DNA from: Geminicoccaceae bacterium
GTDB taxonomy: Bacteria > Pseudomonadota > Alphaproteobacteria > Geminicoccales > Geminicoccaceae
DNA: 64,000 nt
Assembly: GCA_037446605.1 (NCBI GenBank)
Contig: JBBIIE010000006.1
Location: 447 to 64,446, forward strand
Direction of reading: 5' to 3'
The translations under genes were made by a program, and so were the position numbers. The stretch's first letter is position 1. Every line of letters starts with the position of its first letter. Below the pieces are notes generated by a model. That model had not been told where the DNA came from. It searched no databases and worked only from the letters and a program-made list of their open reading frames with translations. This document shows positions 34,657-43,473 of the stretch, one piece after another.

Positions 34657-36204
34657 ATGTGGCTGCCGCCTCGCACTCCAACTCGGTGCCGCGCCGCGCT
34701 GGGCCTGCTGCTCGGCTCGGTCGCCCTCGGGCTCGCCGTCCAGCCTTGCGCGGCGGCATCCCTCACCGACACCGTGCGGGCGGCCCTGTCCGCCAACCCG
34801 GAGATCGGCGTCGTCAAGGCGGACCGGCGCGCCGTCGATCAGGAGCTCCGCCAGGCACGTGCCGGCTATCTTCCCTCGCTCGACCTGCGCGGTGGCTTCG
34901 GCGCGGAGGTCGCCAACACGCCCGCCACCCGCCGGCGCGGGCCCGGCTCGACGAACAGCACCGAGCAGATCCGCAGCGAAGCGCAGCTCAAGCTTTCGCA
35001 GATGCTGTTCGATGGGTTCGCCACCCAATCCGAGGTTGAGCGCCAGACATCACGCGTCGACAGCGCGGCCTATCGGGTGCAGGAGGCCGCTGAATTCATC
35101 GCCGTCGACGCGATCGAGGCACATCTGGACATCCTACGGAACCAGCAGATCGTCGCTCTCAACCGCGAGAACGTGGCCGCCCACGAGCGCATCCTGCGCC
35201 AGGTGCGGAGCCTGGAGCGGGCCGGCCGAGCCGATGTCGCCGACGTGCAGCAGACGCAGGCGCGCCTCGCCAACGCGCAGGCTTCGCTCGCCCAGGCGAC
35301 GGGCGCCCTGGCCGACGCGGTGGCGCTGTACCAGCGTGTGGTCGGCCGTGAGCCCGACGCCCTGACCCTCGAGGCGCCGCCGGTCGCCGGCCTGCCGAAG
35401 GACCGCGAGGCCGCGGCGGCCCTGGCCTCGGTGCAGAGCCCGACGGTACTGATCGCGGCAGCGGACGTGGACGTGGCGGCCGCCGAGCTGCGTGGGTCGA
35501 GGGCCGGGTACTACCCGCGGCTCGACGCCGAGCTGACGGCGGAGAGCCTGCGCAATGCCGACGGAACCGAGGGGCGCGACTCGGCCGCCTCGGCGATGCT
35601 GGTCCTCCGATACAACCTGTTCCGCGGCGGTGCGGACGTCGCTCGCGAGCGCGAGGCGTTCCACCGGCTGAACGAAGCCCGCGCCGGGCTCCTCAAGCAG
35701 CGTCTGAAGGCCGAGGAGCTCGCGCGCCAGTCCGTCAACGCCTACGACACGGCGAAGGCGCGGGTGGTGGCCCAGCGGGCACGCGTCGAGGCGCAGCGCC
35801 GCACCCGGGACGCGTACACCACCCAGTTCGAGCTCGGGCAGCGCGATCTCCTCGACGTGCTCGACGCGGAGAACGAGCTCTTCCTGGCGCGGGTGCAGCT
35901 GCTGACGGCGGAGTTCACCGAACGCTTCGCCGTCTACAAGATCCTGGGCGTGGTCGGCAGCCTGCTCGACACGCTGAACGTCGCCCGTCCGAAGGAGCAC
36001 ATCAACATCCACCGCTCGGCCGCGCGGCAGCAGACCCCGGTGGTGATCACCGAGAAGTCGCAGCAGCTGACCGATCCGCGTGCGGAAGCGCGCACGCTGC
36101 GCGGTCCCGAAAGGGGCGAGCCGCCGCTCGCAGAGCCCGACGCGGCGGATGTCGTGAACCGGCCGATGCCCCGGCAGGGGGCGTCCGTGCCCAAGCAACC
36201 CTGA
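34657..36204 (+). CDS. TolC-family outer membrane channel (type I secretion OMP)
   Basis: Signal peptide ...LAVQPCAAA. Two OEP repeats (LTDTVRAALSANPEI...; YYPRLDAEL...). TIGR01844-like content; divergent from the ABC/HlyD pair. It carries a 73-aa non-TolC C-terminal tail. Confidence 0.88.
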   Translation: MWLPPRTPTRCRAALGLLLGSVALGLAVQPCAAASLTDTVRAALSANPEIGVVKADRRAVDQELRQARAGYLPSLDLRGGFGAEVANTPATRRRGPGSTNSTEQIRSEAQLKLSQMLFDGFATQSEVERQTSRVDSAAYRVQEAAEFIAVDAIEAHLDILRNQQIVALNRENVAAHERILRQVRSLERAGRADVADVQQTQARLANAQASLAQATGALADAVALYQRVVGREPDALTLEAPPVAGLPKDREAAAALASVQSPTVLIAAADVDVAAAELRGSRAGYYPRLDAELTAESLRNADGTEGRDSAASAMLVLRYNLFRGGADVAREREAFHRLNEARAGLLKQRLKAEELARQSVNAYDTAKARVVAQRARVEAQRRTRDAYTTQFELGQRDLLDVLDAENELFLARVQLLTAEFTERFAVYKILGVVGSLLDTLNVARPKEHINIHRSAARQQTPVVITEKSQQLTDPRAEARTLRGPERGEPPLAEPDAADVVNRPMPRQGASVPKQP

Positions 36205-36420
36205 GAGCGGGACGCCGGGCCGGCCGCCGACCGACGCGACGACACCGCCGTGCCCCGCCCGTTCGGGCGCTTGCTCGGCCACTCGTTCCGGACGTGCCTG
36301 CCGGTTCGGTGCACCCAGATGCGCTGGCGGTAGTCGTTCCGCGCATTGCCTTCATGGCCCGTTAGGGCTTCGTTGGCAGGATCCCGCGCAGAGGGTTGCT
36401 CTGCGAGCGGATCTGCTGAA

Positions 36421-36816
36421 ATGAGCTCACCGTTCGATTCGGCCGGGATCGGTGGCGTCGCGGGCGAGCCTCGATCCGACGGCCTGCGGGCATTGGCGCA
36501 GTCGATGCTGGTCGCCGCCGAGCCCATGGCGGGCGCCGATCCGTCGAGCGCGGAGGATGCGGGGTCGACCCTCGTGCTCCGTCTCGACGATCTCGTCAGC
36601 GATCCGAGTGGGGAGATCGTCCTGAGCATCGGCGGGACGGCTCGGCACGTCGTTCTGGAAAGCCCGAGTGAGGTCGCCGATCGGGGCGTCACCGGTCCCC
36701 ATGCGACCGTCGGCGGCGAGAACGTGCAGGGAATGGGCTATGTCGTGTTCCACGATGGGCCTACACTCTACTTTCCCGTGGACGTGGAGTTGACGGTCGG
36801 TCCGTCGGGAGTGTGA
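36421..36816 (+). CDS. Hypothetical acidic protein (131 aa), candidate T1SS cargo
   Basis: ATG 36421 gives MSSPFDSAGIGGVAGEPRSDG...LYFPVDVELTVGPSGV. Third-position G/C is like genuine genes, whereas codons upstream of 36421 in the track ORF are A/T-ending. No signal peptide, no TM, many D/E. No family recognised and a weak RBS. Confidence 0.45.
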   Translation: MSSPFDSAGIGGVAGEPRSDGLRALAQSMLVAAEPMAGADPSSAEDAGSTLVLRLDDLVSDPSGEIVLSIGGTARHVVLESPSEVADRGVTGPHATVGGENVQGMGYVVFHDGPTLYFPVDVELTVGPSGV

Positions 36817-37096
36817 GAGCACAGGGCCACCTTTCGACGGCTACGGCGTTCCGACGCTCGTCGATCGGCGGGACGGGGGCGCTTCCGCAACCCGCGGGCC
36901 TGAAAGGTGGCATCTCGGCTACAGCCGAGCCGTTCCTGCCGCCGACCGGCGAGCAACATCTTGGCGGTCGCACCGATGATGGCGACCCTGGAACGAGGAT
37001 ACCGTGACGCCTTAACTCGGTGTTCACGATGAGGGGGTCAAGTTGTCCGCGGCGGCCGCGAGCGCGGCCGCGGAGCGCGGGCATCCGGAGGCATCA

Positions 37097-38641
37097 GTGA
37101 CGATGCGGCCGCGGACGGGTCGACGACCGGTGGTTCTCGTGATCCTCGACGGCTGGGGCTGGCGCGAGGAAGCTGCCGACAACGCGATCGCGTTGGCCGA
37201 ACCTGCTTGCTTCGAGGAGCTTTGGGCGTCCTGCCCGCACGCTTTGCTGCGAGCGGACGGGATCGAGGTCGGCCTGCCCGAGGGGCAGTTCGGCAACTCG
37301 GAGGTGGGCCATCTCAATCTCGGCGCCGGACGGGTCGTGATGCAGGACCTGCCGCGGATCGACCGTGCGATCGCCGACGGATCGCTGGACCGGAATCCGG
37401 TGCTGGCCGACCTCGTCGAGGCTGCGGATCGGTCCGGGGGACGGCTGCACCTCCTGGGCTTGATCTCACCCGGCGGCGTGCACTCGCATCAAGCCCATGT
37501 CGCCGCCCTGGTCGAGCATCTGGGCAGCCGGGGCCTGGGCGTGGACGTGCACGCGTTTCTCGACGGTCGAGACACGCCACCTCGATCCGCGGAGGGCTAT
37601 CTTTGCGAGCTCGAGGGGCGCCTCGCAGCAGTTCCCGACGCCCGGATCGCGACGGTGACGGGTCGCTACTGGGCCATGGATCGCGACCGGCGGTGGGAGC
37701 GCACCTCGAAGGCTGTCGCAGCACTGGTCGAAGGCGAGGGCCACCGAGTGGCCGACTGGCGTGCAGCCCTCGAGCAGTCCTATGCGGCCGGGCGGACCGA
37801 CGAGTTCGTCGAGCCGTTCGTATTGGGCGACTACGCCGGCATGCGCGACGGCGATGTGCTGCTTTGTGCCAACTTCAGGGCGGATCGGGTTCGCCAGCTC
37901 CTGAGCGCGCTCTTGCTGCCGAACGTGCCGGAGATGCCACAAGGGCGCCGGGTCCGGTTCGCAGCGGCAGCCGGGATGACCCGGTACTCGGACGAGTTGC
38001 GCGCCGTTCTGCGGGAACTCTTCCCTCCGCAACCCATGGATCACCTGCTCGGCGGCGTCCTGGCCGAGGCCGGCCTGCGACAATTGCGCATGGCCGAGAC
38101 CGAGAAGTATCCGCACGTGACGTTCTTCTTCAATGGTGGGGATGAGCGTCCCTACGAAGGTGAGGAGCGGATCCTGGTGCCATCGCCGAAAGTGGCGACC
38201 TACGATCTCATGCCGGAAATGTCGGCGCGACCGCTCGCCGATCGGTTCGTCGAGGCGATGCGGCAGCGCGCGCCGGACTTCGTGCTGATCAACTTCGCCA
38301 ATCCCGACATGGTCGGCCACACCGGGCAGCTCGAAGCGGCCGTTCGCGCGGTCGAGGTCGTCGACGAATGCCTCGCCCGCGTGGTCGCCGCGACCCGTTC
38401 GGCGGGTGGGACGCTGCTCGTCACCGCGGATCATGGCAATTGCGAGCTGATGCGTGATCCACTGACCGGTCAGCCACACACGGCCCACACGTCAAATCCC
38501 GTGCCCTGCATACTGGTCGACGGCCCCCCCGGGGCCCGGCTGCACGGCGGTCGGCTGGCCGATGTCGCACCGACCATCCTCGATCTGCTCGGGCTAGCGC
38601 AGCCCGAGGCCATGACCGGCCGGTCGCTCCTGGGAGGCTGA
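37097..38641 (+). CDS. gpmI: 2,3-bisphosphoglycerate-independent phosphoglycerate mutase
   Basis: VVLVILDGWGWRE...GNSEVGHLNLGAGRV...GGVHSH...RYWAMDRD...MAETEKYPHVTFFFNGG...NFANPDMVGHTG...TADHGN. Start is GTG 37097 (GGAGG 5 nt upstream); TTG 37043 and ATG 37103 are alternatives. Confidence 0.9.
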   Translation: MTMRPRTGRRPVVLVILDGWGWREEAADNAIALAEPACFEELWASCPHALLRADGIEVGLPEGQFGNSEVGHLNLGAGRVVMQDLPRIDRAIADGSLDRNPVLADLVEAADRSGGRLHLLGLISPGGVHSHQAHVAALVEHLGSRGLGVDVHAFLDGRDTPPRSAEGYLCELEGRLAAVPDARIATVTGRYWAMDRDRRWERTSKAVAALVEGEGHRVADWRAALEQSYAAGRTDEFVEPFVLGDYAGMRDGDVLLCANFRADRVRQLLSALLLPNVPEMPQGRRVRFAAAAGMTRYSDELRAVLRELFPPQPMDHLLGGVLAEAGLRQLRMAETEKYPHVTFFFNGGDERPYEGEERILVPSPKVATYDLMPEMSARPLADRFVEAMRQRAPDFVLINFANPDMVGHTGQLEAAVRAVEVVDECLARVVAATRSAGGTLLVTADHGNCELMRDPLTGQPHTAHTSNPVPCILVDGPPGARLHGGRLADVAPTILDLLGLAQPEAMTGRSLLGG

Positions 38642-38643
38642 GC

Positions 38644-39786
38644 GTGCGGATCCGAGGCGCGCTCGCTACAGGCGCGACCATCCTTCTCCTGGCAGCGTCG
38701 ACGACCGAGCCACGAGCCTCGGAGGGCCCGGTCGGTCTTCCTGCCCGCGCGTCGCCGCTGGAGGAACATCAGCGGCGCTCGGAGATGCTCCGCGAGCGCC
38801 TCAACGAGGCAGCAGCGGGGCTGCAGGGCACCCTCGATCGTCTGCGCGATCTTCGCGCGCGCGAGCTCACCTCGCGGGCGATCCTCGGGGAGCGGGCGGC
38901 CGAGCTCGGGGAACTGGAACGCGCCCTTGCCCGGTCGGCCGCTATCGGGTCGGCGAAGCGGGAAGTGATCGCCGCGGCGGTGCTGCGAGGCGTGCGCCGG
39001 CTCAGGGGAAGCGCCGACGATCGGGAGCTCGGGCTCGCCGAAGTGAGGACGATCGCACTGACGCGCAGGAAACACGGCGAAACGCCGACGGACGGTGCGC
39101 TGCGGAATGCGCTGGAGCGCGCGGTCGAGAGCGCAGCGGCGGAGGTGGCCGAGCTCGATTGGCTCGATGGTCGAGCCGCCATCCTGCAGCAGGCTCTGGT
39201 GAGCCGACGAAGCGAGCTGCGCGAGCTGGGTTTGCAGCTCGACGAGGCGGAGCGCCGGCTGGTGGCCCTCTCCCGGGCGCTCGCGAGGACCCCCGTCGAC
39301 AGGGCCGCGGGAGAGAGGGCTGCGCGCGCTTGGACCGTCGGTCCGCCCGAGGCGAGCACCGAGGACGAGGATGGTCCGCGCGAGGGCCCCGGGACGGACG
39401 GGATCACCCGGTTGCCCGTGCAGGGCGAGGTGCGGCGTCGGTTCGGTGATCGACACGGCGGCCAGCGCTCGCGTGGCATGCTCCTGTCGGGCCACCCGCA
39501 GCCGGTGCTCGCGCCGGGCCGCGGAACGGTGGCCTATGCCGGTCCGTTCCGAGGGCTCGGGCTCCTCTTGATCATCGACCACGGGGCCGACTATCATTCG
39601 CTTGTGATAGGGGCGTCCAGGCTCGAGGTAACGGTCGGAGACCCGGTGCGCGACGGCCAGGTTGTCGGGTGGCTGGAGGGTGGCGCAGCGGACGAAGCCG
39701 AACTGTATCTGGAGCTCAGGCGCGCGGGCGAGCCCATAGACCCCATGGTGGTGCTGTCGGCGCGCGAGAGCGAGGTCCGTGGTTGA
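38644..39786 (+). CDS. M23 peptidase-domain murein hydrolase activator (EnvC-like)
   Basis: Signal peptide, a long coiled-coil region, C-terminal LytM/M23 domain (GTVAYAGPFRGLGLLLIIDHGADYHSL...LYLELRRAGEPIDP). It follows gpmI as envC does in other proteobacteria. Confidence 0.8.
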   Translation: MRIRGALATGATILLLAASTTEPRASEGPVGLPARASPLEEHQRRSEMLRERLNEAAAGLQGTLDRLRDLRARELTSRAILGERAAELGELERALARSAAIGSAKREVIAAAVLRGVRRLRGSADDRELGLAEVRTIALTRRKHGETPTDGALRNALERAVESAAAEVAELDWLDGRAAILQQALVSRRSELRELGLQLDEAERRLVALSRALARTPVDRAAGERAARAWTVGPPEASTEDEDGPREGPGTDGITRLPVQGEVRRRFGDRHGGQRSRGMLLSGHPQPVLAPGRGTVAYAGPFRGLGLLLIIDHGADYHSLVIGASRLEVTVGDPVRDGQVVGWLEGGAADEAELYLELRRAGEPIDPMVVLSARESEVRG

Positions 39787-41096
39787 TGCGCAACGCACTG
39801 GTGAAGCTCGGGGTGGCGGCCATCGCTGGTACGGCGATCGGCTTGGTGCTGTCGCCGGCCGTCCTGACCGGTGCTCCGGCGTCCTCCTCGGGTGAGACGT
39901 TCCGCGCCCTCAAGCTGTTCGGCGACGTCTTCGAGAGGGTACGGGCCGAATACGTCGAGGAGGTCAGCGACCAGGCGCTGATCGAATCCGCGATCAACGG
40001 AATGCTGGCGGCTTTGGACCCGCACTCCGGCTATCTCGACTCCAATCGTTATCGCGACATGCAGGTGCAGACCCGGGGCGAGTTCGGCGGCCTCGGGATC
40101 GAGGTGACGATGGAGAACGGCCTCGTGAAGGTCGTCTCGCCGATCGACGATACACCTGCCCACCGCGCGGGAGTTCAGGCCGGGGACTTCATCAGCCACA
40201 TCGACGGTGAGCCCGTCGCGGGATTGAGCCTCGGCGAGGCGGTGGAGAGGATGCGGGGTCCGGTCGACACCAAGATCCAGTTGCGCTTGGTGCGCCGTGG
40301 TCGCGAGGAACCGCTGGAGGTCACGCTCACGCGGGCGGTCATCAAGATCTCCCCGGTCCGCGCGAGACTGGAAGGCGACATCGGCTACGTCCGCCTCACG
40401 ACGTTCAACGAGCACACCTCCGGAACCATGCGCGACAAGATCGAGGAGCTGAAGCGTCAGCAACCGGGAAAGCTCCGCGGATTCGTCCTCGATCTGCGCA
40501 ACAACCCGGGAGGTCTGCTCGATCAGGCGGTGGCGGTCGCCGACTCGTTCCTGGATCGCGGCGAGATCGTCTCGACCCGTGGCCGGCGAGCCGACAGCAT
40601 CCAGAGGTTCAATGCCCGACCGGGAGATCTCGCCGACGGTCTACCCATCGTCGTCCTCATCAACGGTGGCTCCGCATCCGCCTCGGAAATCGTCGCCGGT
40701 GCGCTCCAGGATCATCGCCGTGCGATCGTGATGGGCACGCCGTCGTTCGGCAAAGGATCGGTTCAGACGATCATGCCGATTGCCGGGCAGGGCGCCGTGC
40801 GGCTTACGACGGCGCGGTACTACACGCCGTCCGGGTCGTCGATCCAGGCCAAGGGAATCACGCCGGACATCGAGGTCCACGAGGCGACGGTCGAGCTGGC
40901 CGACGACACCTCCGGTCGGCGCGAAGCGGACCTGCGGGGCCGCCTCAGCAACGACAAGGAGACCACCGCTGGGGGAGCTGCCGATCGCGGCAAGCCGGGC
41001 CCGACCCTCGATGCCAAGGACTATCAGCTCGCGCGGGCGATCGATCTGCTGCGGGGCATCGCCCTGTACGAGGGGCGAAACACGGCGCAGCGTTGA
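39786..41096 (+). CDS. ctpA: Carboxy-terminal processing protease (S41 family)
   Basis: ATGA overlap with the preceding gene. PDZ (GLGIEVTMENGLVKVVSPIDDTPAHRAGVQAGDFI), LDLRNNPGGLL, VLINGGSASASEIVAGALQD, GTPSFGKGSVQT. Confidence 0.9.
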   Translation: MRNALVKLGVAAIAGTAIGLVLSPAVLTGAPASSSGETFRALKLFGDVFERVRAEYVEEVSDQALIESAINGMLAALDPHSGYLDSNRYRDMQVQTRGEFGGLGIEVTMENGLVKVVSPIDDTPAHRAGVQAGDFISHIDGEPVAGLSLGEAVERMRGPVDTKIQLRLVRRGREEPLEVTLTRAVIKISPVRARLEGDIGYVRLTTFNEHTSGTMRDKIEELKRQQPGKLRGFVLDLRNNPGGLLDQAVAVADSFLDRGEIVSTRGRRADSIQRFNARPGDLADGLPIVVLINGGSASASEIVAGALQDHRRAIVMGTPSFGKGSVQTIMPIAGQGAVRLTTARYYTPSGSSIQAKGITPDIEVHEATVELADDTSGRREADLRGRLSNDKETTAGGAADRGKPGPTLDAKDYQLARAIDLLRGIALYEGRNTAQR

Positions 41097-41154
41097 GCTT
41101 TGGCTTGGCCGGTCCGCGGCAGCGTGACGTGTCGCCGATCGGAGATCGCGCCAG

Positions 41155-42147
41155 TTGAGAGCCGGTGCGGCGCGGCGGCTGCCTTGGGTCATCGCCGCTG
41201 CACTGCTGGTGGGGTCGGGCGGCGGGACTGCGTTCGTCGCCCTCGTCGGCTCGCGCGAGCCCATTCGGGAAGAGCTTCCTGAAGTCTCGCTGGCGCTGCC
41301 ATGGGCGCCGGACGAATTGCGGAGCGTGGCGCCCGGCGATCTCGAGGCGCCGGGCTCGCGCGCTGCCGTCGGAGGGCCACCGCTGTTCCTCGATGCGGCC
41401 CTCCTGGAGCCCACCGCGCATGGCGGCTTGCCGCGGATCGCTCCCGACGGGCGCCGCGTCAGCGGGCTGCATCGTCGGCGGTCGGAGCCGAGTGGGCGGG
41501 CGCGTGCCGGGATCGTGCTCGTGGGCATCGGCCTCGACCGGTCCGCCGCGGCGTCGGCCGTGCAGCTGCCCGGGGTCGTGACACTCGCCGTCTCACCCTA
41601 TGCCGAGGATGCGCCGCGGTGGTTCCGAGTGGCGCGTTGGCATGGGCACGAGACGTTGATGGAACTTCCGGTCCGCCCGGTGGGCTATCCGCTCGACGAT
41701 GCCGGGCCTCTGGCGATCGCGGCGGTTCCGGCGGACCAGGACCGGCTCGAGCGCGTGCTCGCGCGCGGTTCGGGATATCTGGGCGTGGGGGTCCGGGCGG
41801 GGGTGCTGGCCGATCGTCCGGCGGACTCGCCGCCGATCGCTGCGGCCCTCGCGTCCCGTGGCGTCGCCCTGGTCGAGCTGGGCACGCGAGTTCTCGAGCC
41901 GGCGGCGCGTGCGGCCGGCCTGCCCTATCTGCCGGCCGCCGGGCCGATCGACGCCGAGCCCACCGGCCCGGCGATCGATGCGGCCCTCGCGGATCTGGAA
42001 GCCCGGGCCCGCGCAACCGGATGGGCGCTGGCCTACGCTCGCCCGCTCCCGATCACGATCGATCGAATCGCCCGCTGGAGCGCCTCGCTCGCCGACCGCG
42101 ACGTCGAGCTCGTGGGCGTGGGCGCGCTGCTGGACGCCCCACCCTGA
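41155..42147 (+). CDS. Divergent polysaccharide deacetylase (YibQ/DUF610) family protein
   Basis: N-terminal TM, then GIVLVGIG...VTLAVSPYAED...GHETLMELP...PLD.. resembles YibQ-like proteins and holds the conserved position after envC/ctpA. TTG start from the track. Confidence 0.75.
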   Translation: MRAGAARRLPWVIAAALLVGSGGGTAFVALVGSREPIREELPEVSLALPWAPDELRSVAPGDLEAPGSRAAVGGPPLFLDAALLEPTAHGGLPRIAPDGRRVSGLHRRRSEPSGRARAGIVLVGIGLDRSAAASAVQLPGVVTLAVSPYAEDAPRWFRVARWHGHETLMELPVRPVGYPLDDAGPLAIAAVPADQDRLERVLARGSGYLGVGVRAGVLADRPADSPPIAAALASRGVALVELGTRVLEPAARAAGLPYLPAAGPIDAEPTGPAIDAALADLEARARATGWALAYARPLPITIDRIARWSASLADRDVELVGVGALLDAPP

Positions 42148-42161
42148 CGGACGGAGCCTTG

Positions 42162-42662
42162 GTGGTGAGCGAGGCCGTCGGCTGCGATCTGTCCCCATCA
42201 CCAAAGCCCGGCTATCGGCTGGGCGTCGGCATCTTCCTGCTCGACGGTTCCCGCAGGGTGTTCGTCGGTCAGCGCCGCGACACGCATCCTGAGGCGTGGC
42301 AGATGCCGCAGGGTGGCATCGACGAAGGGGAGACCGCCGTCGCCGCGGCGCTCCGCGAGCTGCAGGAGGAAGCCGGCACCGATCGGGCCGAGCCCCTCCT
42401 CGAGAGCGCGGTTTGGCGCTCCTACGATCTGCCGCCGGCCATTGCCGCGCGCATGTGGGGCGGCCGCTACCGGGGGCAGACGCAGAAATGGGTGGCGCTG
42501 CGCTTCCTCGGAGCGGACCGGGACATCGACCTGAACGGCCCACATCCCGAGTTCGTCGCCTGGCGATGGGTGGATCCACGCGAGCTCGCCGATCTCGTCG
42601 TGCCCTTCAAGCGGGCGGTCTATCTCAGTGTCGTCGACGAGTTCCGGCCCCTATGGGCTTGA
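42162..42662 (+). CDS. rppH: RNA pyrophosphohydrolase RppH (NUDIX)
   Basis: YRLGVGIFLLD...WQMPQGGIDEGETAVAAALRELQEEAG (Nudix box) ...QTQKWVALRF...EFVAWRWV. Start is one of TTG/GTG/GTG at 42159-42165. Confidence 0.88.
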   Translation: MVSEAVGCDLSPSPKPGYRLGVGIFLLDGSRRVFVGQRRDTHPEAWQMPQGGIDEGETAVAAALRELQEEAGTDRAEPLLESAVWRSYDLPPAIAARMWGGRYRGQTQKWVALRFLGADRDIDLNGPHPEFVAWRWVDPRELADLVVPFKRAVYLSVVDEFRPLWA

Positions 42663-43431
42663 CCGCCGACGGATGCGGGGAGGCGGGGCCGACCGGGTCC
42701 GAACGCGGCTGCGCGGGTCGGGGGTCCGAGGAGTGCCGCCGGGGTTCCGGGAGCTGATCCGAGCCCGCAGGCAGGGACGTCGTGCTTGCGGACGTGGCCT
42801 TCTTTCCCTCCTGGACAGCGGCGGCCTCGGCCCACTCGAGCAGCGCCGGAAGGCTCATGATCGTCCCGACATAGCCGCTCGTCTCCGGTGGCAGGGGTAC
42901 CGAGTGTCCGGCCAGCCGCGCGGCTATCGGTGCCGACATCGCGTCGGCCAGCGAGAACCGACCGAACAGGAACGGGCCGCCGGCCGCATGGCGCGCCCGA
43001 CACTCGGCCCACAGGTCCGTGATCCTGGCGAGATCGCGTTCGACTCCGCGCAGCAGACGTCCCGGCGGACCGAACCGGCTCAGCAGGTCGAGCGGCAGGA
43101 ACCTCTGCAGGTCGGCGAGGCCGCCGTGGAGCTCGCCAACGATCGATCGGGCGAGCGCACGCGCGCGCGGCTCCGCCGGCCAGAGCCCCGGCACGTGCTC
43201 GGCCAGGAACTCGCCGATCGCGAGGGAGCCCCAGATGGGCACCTCGTCGACCAGGAGGACCGGTGGCTCGGCCGCCGGCCAGGGAAGGCGTGTGAATCTT
43301 TAGGTGCGCCCCCCATCGAGCGGGGAGCGGACCGTCTCGAACGACAGCTCCGAGCACCGCATCGTCAACCAAGCCTGCAGGGAGGCTGCGCAGGTTGCCC
43401 GGTCGCCGATCAGGAGGGTGAGGTTCGCCAT
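42625..43431 (-). pseudogene. Glutathione S-transferase pseudogene (in-frame TAA, degenerate N-domain, run-on C-terminus)
   Basis: Minus-strand ATG 43431 gives MANLTLLIGDRATCAASLQAWL...GGRT-TAA(43302..43300)-RFTRLPWPAAEPPVLLVDEVPIWGSLAIGEFL.... It is collinear with the intact GST at 27270-27941, but the YSSWS motif is lost, the codons around the stop are rare (AGA, ACA, CTT), and about 60 low-complexity residues follow the GST C-domain and overlap the rppH 3' end. Confidence 0.6.
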
Positions 43432-43473
43432 GGTCTCGCCAGACCTTCAAATGGTCGTCTCAGCTCCTGGCAC

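Noticed and set aside
36448-36456. The GIGG near the N-terminus of the orphan ORF could be a double-glycine leader cleavage site for a C39 peptidase ABC exporter.
   Set aside because: The would-be leader is only 12 residues long and lacks the LSxxELxxIxGG pattern. The transporter's C39-like domain appears to lack the catalytic Cys/His, so processing is unlikely.
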